NCBI GenBank assembly: GCA_013239625.1
Contig: MU053652.1
Location: forward strand, 3,461,902-3,525,901
Reading direction: 5' to 3'
Source: Lama guanicoe
Lineage: Eukaryota
DNA length: 64,000 nucleotides
Part shown: piece by piece, positions 41,298 through 51,039 of the stretch
How the letters are laid out: each line of letters opens with the position of its first letter
How positions within the stretch are numbered: the stretch's first letter is position 1
Made by a program: the position numbers and the translations under genes
The notes under the pieces: generated by a model
The model's database searches: none
Told to the model about the DNA's origin: nothing
The model's input: only the letters and a program-made list of their open reading frames with translations

Positions 41298-42525
41298 AGA
41301 TGGTTTTCCATTATAGGTTATTGTAATAAATTGAAAATACTTCCCTGTGCTATACAGTAGGTCCTTGTTGTTGATCTGTTTTATATATAGTAGTGTGTAT
41401 CTATTAATCCTAAACTCTTATGTTATCCCTTCCCCCATCTTTCCCTTTGGTAACTATGGTTCATTTTCTACGTCTGTGAGTCTATTTTTGGTTTGTATGT
41501 AAGTTCATTTGTATCATTTTTTTTAGATTCCATATATGTGATATCATATGATAATTGTCTTTGTTTACTTATTTCACTTAATATGATAATCTCTAGGTCT
41601 ATCTATGTTGCTGCAAATGGTTTTATTTCATTGTTTATGGCTGTGCAATACTCCATTGTTGTCTTTATTTATTCTTTATCCATTCATCTATCAATGGACA
41701 TTTAGGTTGCTTCGATGTCTTGGCTATTGTAAATAGTGCTGCTGTGAACATCAGGGTGCATGTATATTTGGGCATCAGATATATATACTCAGGAGTGGGA
41801 TTGCTGGGTCATACGGTTACTCTATTTTCAGTATTTTTAAGGAACCTCCATACTGTTCATAATGGCTGCACCAATTTACATTCCCACCAAAAGTGTAGGA
41901 GGGTTTCTGTTTCTCTACATCCTCTCCAGCATTTATTATTTGTAGACTTTTTTTTGACATTTTTTTATTGATTTATAATCATTTTACAATGTTGTGTCAA
42001 ATTCCAGTGTTCAGCACAATTTTCCAGTCATTCATGGACATATACACACTCATTGTCACAGTTTTTTCTCTGTGATTTATCATAACATTTTGTGTATATT
42101 TCCCTGTGCTATACAGTGTAATCTTGTTTATCTATTCTACAATTTTGAGATCCCAGTCTATCCCTTTCCACCCTCTACCCACTTGATAACCACAAGTCTG
42201 TATTCTCTGTCCATGAGTCTTTAGATTCCACATATGAGTGATCTCATATGGTATTTTTCGTTCTCTTTCTGGCTTACTTCACTTAGAATGACATTCTCTA
42301 GGAGCATCCATGTTGCTGCAAATGGCGTTATGTTGTCGGTTTTTATGGCTGAGTAGTATTCCATTGTATAAATATACCACATCTTCTTTATCCAGTCACC
42401 TATTGATGGACTGTAGACTTTTAAATGATGGCCATTCTGATTGGTATGAGGTGATATTTCACTATAGTTTTGATTTGCATTTCTCTAATAATTAGCAATA
42501 TTGAGCATCTTTCCATGTTCCTGTT
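41296..42525 (-). mobile_element. artiodactyl-type L1 3' region with a nested younger L1 (41952-42411)
   Basis: L1 antisense text resumes after the insert; TSD tgtagactttt at 41941-41951 and 42412-42422. Confidence 0.85.
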
Positions 42526-43889
42526 TGGCTGAATTGATTTTATTCCATCTTGGAGTCTCAGGTACTTTCACAAGCAGGCAGCAACTCACACCTGCCTCTC
42601 CCATCAGAGCAGCTTGTCAACACACAGCATGGTTAGACACATTTTCCAGGTGTCACAGGACAATTCAATATGCAGCAGGTCAACCTGCACTCAGCGGGTA
42701 CAGACACACCTCCACGAGTCACAGCCAAAGGGTCTCAGGGAGACCTGGGCACTCCCAGAGCTCTTCACTTTCTTATTTTGTCTCTATGCCACAGAACCCA
42801 TGATACATTCTACCAATGAGAATTTTCTCGAGATCTATTGTCCAAAACATACTCACTGTCTGACACAGCCATTTTTATATCTTTTAGACTCCCTTTTCTC
42901 AATGCGGACTCCAAGAAAGCTAATTAATTATTTTAGACACCACTATTAAATTGACACAGTGATTAATCTGATAATCCTTTTTATGAAATTACCTCTGAAA
43001 CGCTAACTTCTCATCTTCTGAAACTCACTGTGTAAATTACTCTGAAGATTACATTGTACCAGCTTTTGGCTCTGTAAATCTTAATGGCAGTTTTTTTGCC
43101 AAAAGCAATAAAAGCTGTCCTGAATTTATCAGGTCAATCAGGAAAGAGGCAGGCAGGCAGGAAATTGAAGGTGACTCACACTGCAAGTGGGGGTTTTGAC
43201 TGACGGATTGTTAGAGGCTGCTGTTGCTTGCTGGTTAGCAACAGGGGACTCTGCGTCAGTGAGTGGTAGAGTGGTAGCCTCATGAAGCAGAGGGACATGC
43301 AGAGCCCCGGTTGCAGGTGTCAAGGCTCTCTGTCTGAGAGAAGAACTAGTGTGGTCCTAAGAGGTAGTCCCTCCCTCCACCCTTTCCACTGCCATTCCCA
43401 CATCTCTTCCCAAAGCACCGACTGGCTCTCTTGATGGTGGGGACCTCCCAATGTGTCCCATTTGGGCTCAAAGCCCACAGAGAGCTGCCTCATGGCTGCT
43501 TACCCTGAGCAATCCCCAGAAGTCCTCCACATGGGGTAGGGGCAGGGAGCACACCTTGGCTATTGCCCTCCACCCTGCTTTACTACACCCAGTGGGCAGG
43601 CTCCTGGACTCCAGTCTCCAGGCTCCAGTCATGTTATCAACACTGTTCCACAGAAGGAATTTTAAAGCCTGCTGGGGCTACCTGGCCTGGTGGAAATGGC
43701 AGCATCTATCTTCCTTCTTTTTTTTAAAGCTAGTTTTCTTTCCTTTTCTTTTCAAGAGTAAGTCCTGTGCATGCCTTATCAGGCTAGTGTTAGGTCATTT
43801 TGCCAGCCTCTTCTCAGGCTGCATGCAGGATATGTCTCACTGGTTTTAAACAGATGAAAGACAAAACCTATTGAACCTGTGGCCTCACT

Positions 43890-44450
43890 TATCCATCTGT
43901 CTATTCATCCATCCATCAACTCATCTATCTGCCCATCCACTCCTCCATCCATCCATCCACTCAGCAGCCACGCTCTGTTCTAGGCTCCAGGGGAAAGCAG
44001 AACAAGAACATGACAGAGACAATTCCTGCCCCCATGGCACTTCCATTCTAATAGAGAAGTCAGACAATACATAAAAGAAATACTGAGTGAGACAGTGTTC
44101 TGTGCTTTGAGAAGAGGATAGGGACTACTAGTGGGCGTGGCAGTATACAGTCTTAAACAGAGAGTCAGGGAAGGCTGTTACCTCACTCACCTCACCCTGG
44201 CTCATTGAGAAGATGACATTTGAATAAAGAATTGAAGGAGGTGAGAGATTGGGTCATGTGGATACTGGAGGAAGAGACTTTCAGGCAGAGGGAGGAGTCA
44301 TTGGCAAGGCCCCGACATGGGAGCCTGCCTGACTGGTCAGGAACAGCAAGGAGGTGGAAGAGAGTGGCAGGAATTAAGGTCAGAGAAGTCTGGAATCCAT
44401 AGGCCATGAAAAGAGCTGAGTAAACTTGACACTTCTGGGGGGTTTGCAAT
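43890..44450 (-). mobile_element. L2 fragment
   Basis: (atcc)n tail then gatgacatttgaataaaga...tttcaggcagagggagg. Confidence 0.65.
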
Positions 44451-46359
44451 GGAAGAGAGCATCTCTGTGGCTTGTTCCTGTGCTCCTCTGGCATTCCGTC
44501 CCATTCCCTTTCTGTCCTGAAAGCATCTGTCCCCAGGCGGACCACAGTATCTGAGGGCCCAGGCTAAGTGAAGCATATGGGCCAGAGAGCATGTGAGTGA
44601 GGTTTCCTGGGCTCTGAAGCCCCCCAGCCAGGGTTCCCTACACGGCCTGGGGAAACTGAGATTAGAGGCCACCTCCCTCCAGCGTCCCTCACAGCATCAC
44701 TGAAACTGCTTCTCTGAGCAGGTTCCTTCTGCTTTGCTGGGGCAGGAAGCTTACCACCTACAACCTCTCTCTGTCCTGGGTTTTCTCCCATCCCTGCATA
44801 CACAGATGAGAGAGAAACAAGAAAGGCCCCTCCCAGGAGCTTCTGGGCAGATTTCTCTGGTGAAATGTTTCTGATGAATCTAACATGAAGCCTTGAAACC
44901 AGAAGAGGTTAACGATGCCCTCGTGTTGCTCCTGAGAGAAGACCCCAGTGTAAGGGAGGGCTCCAGTCAGCAGCTGGAGACTAACATGGTGTAAAACAGT
45001 CCTTGTCCTCTGGAGGAGTGAGGGGGCACCCCTGTGTGACCCCACACCCACAATCCTGTGCAGAAGGTAGTCCTTCATCACACTTACCCCTTCAGCCAAA
45101 GGATGACTTTTCCACAGTCACAATGCCACACTGAAGTGCCAGCTTTCCAGGGGTTTAAAGGAGGGGCAGGAAAGCCCAGGAGACCTCTGAGGAGGGCACA
45201 GAAGGGGCAATGGTGTCCTGTCTTTGGCCCTGCGGCCCTGGATCTATCTCTGCAAATGCCCCTCAGCTGAGTTGCTCCACAGAAGGATTTTCCAGAAAGG
45301 GACATCCAGGTGTGAGTTTGGAGAGGCTCTGAGACCTCTGGCATCTTTGTTTTCTGCTCCCTGGGTGTGAGGATTGAATGACAGGTCAACAGTTGTCACA
45401 GTAGTACTTTGGTATGTCCCCATGCCTTTGGCTCGTTTGTCACTCCACTGAGGGTGCCCGACTGACTCCTCATCCCCCATCCTCCCCTCCTCCAGGCTCA
45501 CATCAGGTTCCTGAACAACACCCCACCATGTGCTGGTGAAGCCGCCTTCCTCCCTGTTGCTTTTCTAGTGAGCCTTTTCTTTCCCCCTGAAGTCTCACTC
45601 AAACACACGAGAGTGCCATATCGACTGCCCTCTGGGTTGCCATGGAAACAGAGCATTCTTCCCTCCTCCCTCCTCTGTTTGCCTTGGTCAGGAACTGCGG
45701 CAAAAACCAGCCTGTCGCTGAAGGAGAGGTGGGCGGAGGGGTGGGGGAGGAGGGAAAGCCAGTCGCTCTAAACCAGATCATTCCGGTTCAGGCTGGGTCC
45801 CCCCCCCCACCCCCGCCCCTTCCAATCTTGAGAGCCGCTCCGGTAGGCATGTGAGCTGCAGAGGGAGGCTCTGGGCCCTCTGGGGCGGCATTAGTGGAGA
45901 GGGTCTGGGGCTCCTCTGGCCCGCCTCCCCCACCTCTTCCCTGCTGGTGCTGGGTGTTAGCAAGGCGTTTGTGGTGCTGGCTCAGGTTTGCTGGGCCTCT
46001 GCCCACAGTCGTGCAGTTGTTCACTGCACAAGGGCGCCCTGCTGGGGGTGGGGAGGGGGTGAGAGCTGAAATCCAGCCCTGCCCCGTGCCCCAGCCCAAA
46101 GCATCCTCACCCTGCCTGAACCACTGCCATGCCCTCCTAACAGAGGGTCCCGCTTCCTCTTGCACCCTCCCTGCAGCAGCCAGAAGCATCCTTTTGTGTC
46201 TTCTCTGGCTTAAAGCTTCCCACTGCTCTTAATTAAAGCCATACTCTGCCCAGCTCTTCATGATCTGCCCGGTCTGACTCTCCTTTCTTGCCACCCACAC
46301 CTTTTCCTCTGGGTTCCCCCTGCTCCTTTCTTCTGGAAGACTCTGGAGCTGGGTTTTGT

Positions 46360-47290
46360 CCCGAAATGCGCTGGTCCCAGATACAGTAACATTCTCCCTC
46401 ATGCACTTTCTAGCTTCTGCACCCCCAACCCCAAATGGAAGCTCCCGGAAGGAAGGCAGGGCCGTATTCCCTGCTGCAGCCCCATCACCGGTTGCGGGGC
46501 TCCCCACGCACGGAACAGATGCTCAGTAACTGGCCCAGAGCGGGGAGCGCGGGTGCTCTCGCCCCCATCTTCTTCCTCCGACTGTGGCTGGTTAGAAGTT
46601 GACCCTCTCGGCGGAGTTTTGCCGGCTCCATACCCGCTCGGGGGAGGCAGAGGAACCACTGGGATGGCCCTTCGCGACGCCTGAGTGCAGCCGCGGGGCC
46701 ATCTTGCTGCGCCGAGCCGCGTGGGCAGCCGGCGTCCTGCCCTGGCCCAACCGGGCAAAAGGGCGTCTCACTCCCGCATTGGAGGCCGCGCATCGGGGAT
46801 CTGGCGTCTCTGCGGCTGGAGCCCCAGGGCACCTCAGTGTACTCCCAGCAAGGCCCTCTCCCACCACCAGGGCTTCATAGCCCTGAATCGCCCACCCCTG
46901 GGGAGGCCGGGGAGGCCGGGGTCAGGTGTGTGGGTCTCCAGACGCCTTTCGAAAGACTTTTTGTTAACCACCCGCCGCTTGCAGCCAGGCTCGGCCCGGA
47001 TGATAGTTCTGTAAGCAGGGTCCCCTTTTTCTGGGCTTTGTGGGTCTGGATAACTCTCTTCGCAAATCACATAACTTAGCTTGTCTCGGCCTAGCAATTG
47101 TAAAATGGGGTAAGACCTCCAGGCTTACATTCCAACACCGGTTTGCTGAGGAGAAAATGAACCACGAAAATGCTTGTCTGACACTGCAGGGAGGCCGAGG
47201 CCGGGCTCAGCGGTTGCCAGTGGGGTAAAAGCAGGGCTGGAGTTCCAGTCCCGGACGTCCTAGTGCACCCCTCGGGTATTGCCACTCTGA
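46360..47290. promoter_or_regulatory. orphan CpG island 2
   Basis: dense CpGs (cgcg, tcgcga, gccgcg); YY1-type CAAGATGGC on the minus strand. Confidence 0.75.
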
Positions 47291-48638
47291 ACACTTACCA
47301 GTTCATCAGTGTTACGGATCACATCTCTGTGGGTGGAGAGGCTGGCATCTTACTTTCAGGGGAGTCTGGGCAGTACAGGGGGAGCAGGGGGAAGATGGTG
47401 ACATCCTGAACCATGATCTGATCTTGGCTCTTTCAGATCACACTGTTTCTCCAGGGTGAGGCATAAGTAGTGAATAAGACCCCCCCATGCTTGGATCTAT
47501 TTCTTTGTTGTTGGCAGAGCAAGTAGGTTTGCTCCCTTGTAGTGCAGTGGGGTAGATTTTGAAAACATCCATGACAGTCACAGTGAGAGCCTCCTTGGCT
47601 CCAAGAGCCAGACAGCTTTAGGTAGAAAAGTTCCAGAAGGATGAATTGACCAGGATGTCCCCTCTAAGGTGACACAGACTGAATGACAGCTGCTTTCTCT
47701 TCAGAGTTGCCATTTGCAAAACTGCTCCTGGGCTGGTGTGAGGTTATGAAATAGTAGTCAGAGCCCACCCCCCTCCCCTCCTCACCCTGGTATCCACGGG
47801 GCTGGTTACTGCCCTTCCTGACTGAGCGGGCCTTTGCACCTTCCTTCCTCTGTGAGATGCTGAGGCCTTTCTGTTGAGCTACTGCTGGAGAGGAGCGTTG
47901 GCACACTTTTGCATTTGAGAATCTGAGCAGTGTCTCACTTTTGCACTTGTGACTTAGAGACCAGACCCTGAGGCCTGAGTAGAACCGGCAGATTTGCCTG
48001 CTCTGATCTGTATTGTCACTCAGAAACCTACCTCCTCTCACCTTGCTGTGCGGTGTATGAGAGAAGAGCCCCTGCCCTAGAATAATGTTCCTGCTTGATG
48101 TTATGAATGGACAGGATGGTATGGAATAATAGGCTCTAGGCAACAGAATAAAACCACACTTAAACCTTGAGCAACTGTGTGTTTTTTAAAAATTCCCTTC
48201 TTCCCTTGTATTTTTTCCTTCTACCAGCTTCCAAGATTGGATTTAAAATCCAAGATCTCCAAATACCAGTCAGGCTATATCTAACCCAGTGAAGAACATA
48301 AAAATACTAATAATCCAGCCCCACCCTTTGAATCACCCAATCATTTTTTGCCTAATTTGGTCAAAAGGGACCCAGATTTATAGTATCCTGAAGAAGAACT
48401 AAATTGAAACAGCTGTGAAGGGTCCTGCTTTATAAAGGGAAAAAAAGGAAAAAACAAAGAAAAACCAAGAACACACACACAGAGAGCACACACACACAGA
48501 GCACGCACACAGCAGTCCTGCAGCCCTTCTCACCTCCCAACCTGCCTTACAACTGTTAGCTTTTCTGGCTGTTTCTTTGGATACCTTTACATCGCTAATT
48601 AGCATGCTTTCCTGATTATTGCTTCAATTTGAGCATTC

Positions 48639-48992
48639 TTTTTTTTTTTAAGTGAAAGAAAGTTTACTTAGAGAGAGACACACGTCACAGAGAGTGGGGT
48701 GTGTCTCACTCAGAAGGGAAAACAGCTGAGGAGATACACACTCCATAGGCAGAATGTGGGCCATCTCAGAAAGGGGAGAGGGAGAGAGACCAAGAGGTGT
48801 GGGGTGTCTAGTTTTAAGTAAAAGAAGATTCACACTCCATAGACAGAGTGCGGGCGTCTGAGTGAAGGCAAGAGAGAGAGTGTGCAGCCACAAGGTGCGG
48901 GGTTGTTAGGTTTTATGGGCTTGGAATTTCATATGCTAATGAGTAGGAGAATTATTCCAACTACTCTGGGGAAGGGGTCAGGATTTCCAGGA
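48639..48992 (-). mobile_element. ERV1-like LTR fragment (partial U3 + R) ending in a poly(A) tail, inserted in a MIR
   Basis: T11 at 48639-48649, minus-strand AGTAAA at 48668-48663, TATA-like CATAAAA at 48917-48911, three internal degenerate repeats. Confidence 0.6.
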
Positions 48993-49609
48993 AACTACCT
49001 GCCAAACATCGTTCTGAGCACTTTACACATATCTGCTCACTTAAGTCACGTGGTAATGTCAAGAGACAGGTTACTATTAGCCCCATTTTAGGGAAGAGAA
49101 AATTAAGGCCATTTTCCTGTTATTACTAGTGGTTTTCCAAACGGGAGAGGAGATAAATGTGGGTGGTCAGTGTGCCGTCTTTACACTGAGTTCTAATGGG
49201 GCAGGTTTCAAGAGGTGTTCATCCTGGCCTTTGCTGTAGTTCCCTGCTGGGCAATTGTGTGACGGTGACAGGTAAGGTAGCAAGGTCTCCTGGGCATCTT
49301 GGCCAGCGCTAAGCAGCTAGCTCAGGTGTAGGGACAGGAATTCCAAATGTCATAAACCAGCTAAATTGGAATCAACTAAGGAGTTTGTTAAACTAACTCA
49401 CCTACAAAAGTTCAATCCCAGTGCTGCTGTTCGCGTGTGATGCTCACCATTGTGCTCCAGGCCTTTGGTCATAATGACAGAATGTTAGACCCGAAAGGGA
49501 CCTTGGAGATTATCTAGGCAACCTCCTTATTTGACAGATGAGCAGACCAAGGCCCAAAGAAAAGAGAATTGCACATAGAACTACTAGGGACTGAGCCAAC
49601 ACAGGTCAT

Positions 49610-49825
49610 CTCTTTCTAGAACTTCACTATCTAGGTGGCCACTAGCCATGTGTGGCTATTTATATTTAAATAAATTAGCATTAAGTCAAATTTAAAATTT
49701 AGTTTCTATCACACTAACCACATTTGAACTGCTCAACAGCTCAACAGTAGCTTGTGGCTACTACGTATTGGACAGTGCAGACAGAACATTTCCAACATCG
49801 TAAAAAACTCTATTATAGTGTAGGG
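49610..49825. mobile_element. MER3-like hAT DNA transposon
   Basis: gccactagccatgtgtggctattt...tattggacagtgcagacagaacatttcca. Confidence 0.75.
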
Positions 49826-51039
49826 CTGGTCTGGAACCTGGGCCTTTCATTTGAAGGTAGTGTGGGAACTGGATGCTTTTATCAGTGTCTTCTCCCCTAA
49901 ATAATTCCTGCAGAAGATTAACTGCAAGAGAATGTGGTTGCACTCGTCAGTTATAATGGCTTGGTAATAGTATTTTGACAAACTAGAATTTTATACATAT
50001 AACTGGGAGAACAAATTCCGCCCCCTAAGTTAAGACAGGCCTTATCTAGGAACCAAATCAGACACTAACATGAGTTCATTTCAAAGCTCTGGCTGGTCTA
50101 AAAGGTATACGGTCCACTTCTTATTCCTGGTAGGTCTGAGGGGAATATACTTCAGAAGCGAAAGGAGGAATAAACCAAAGGAAATAAAACTGTTCTGCAT
50201 AATAAATGTAAAGTGTTAATATAAGGTGTGGAAAGGCTTACAAATTAATTGAGGGGTAGAAATTATGTCTTTTCCTCCTTGTAGATTTATATTATAATAT
50301 TTAAGATTATTCGTCCTGGGAAAATGTATCTGATCCAATAGTTTGTCAACAAAAAACACTGAAAAATAAGAGGTACACGTACAATTCTAGACGGGAGACT
50401 TAAAAAGTGACCAGACTTGGAGTGTCCACACCTACTCCAGGCTTAAGAGACACGAGGAAAATTACTCCCGGGAGAAGGCGTCTCATTAGAGAGGGAAGCA
50501 ACACAAAGCAGAGGTTTTGGAGAAGGAAGCATCTGGAGACCAAGGCCAGAACTTGGAACTGTGGTTCCATCCCCAAAGGACCCTGGTGAGGGACTCAGAT
50601 CCTCCCGGGGATTTTCCCTTGAATCATATAGATAGTCGTGACTCCATGTAAAAGTTCACATTTTCCCTTTGAATTCCCTGTAGCTCCTCCAATCCTTCAG
50701 AAAAGCCTTGATACATCCATACAACTTGTCTAGTGGTGGTCTTTCCCCATAAATGGGAAAAGGAGTTATGACCTGCCTCACAGTCATTCCCTTGCCGATG
50801 TCCTGAAGGGAGCAGCATTTTGTTGAGGGGACTACTGTGTGTCCAGGAGTTCCAGAAGGTGAGCAGAGAGAAGGTGCCCACAGCTGGTGGGGGTGGAAAG
50901 TGGATGACACAGATACTACAGAGCAAAGTGGACCCTGGTGGGGTGATAAAGGGAGTGGAGGTGGTGGGACTGATGCTTAGGTCATAGAGGTGAGTTCACA
51001 TACACAAATTACCATCAGACAATCAAGGTAGCCTTGAAC

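Noticed and set aside
45788..47097. Many overlapping 80-133 aa ORFs around CpG island 2
   Set aside because: Gly/Pro/Arg/Ala-rich in all frames, a composition artefact. Only the ATG at 46702 was kept as a lead.
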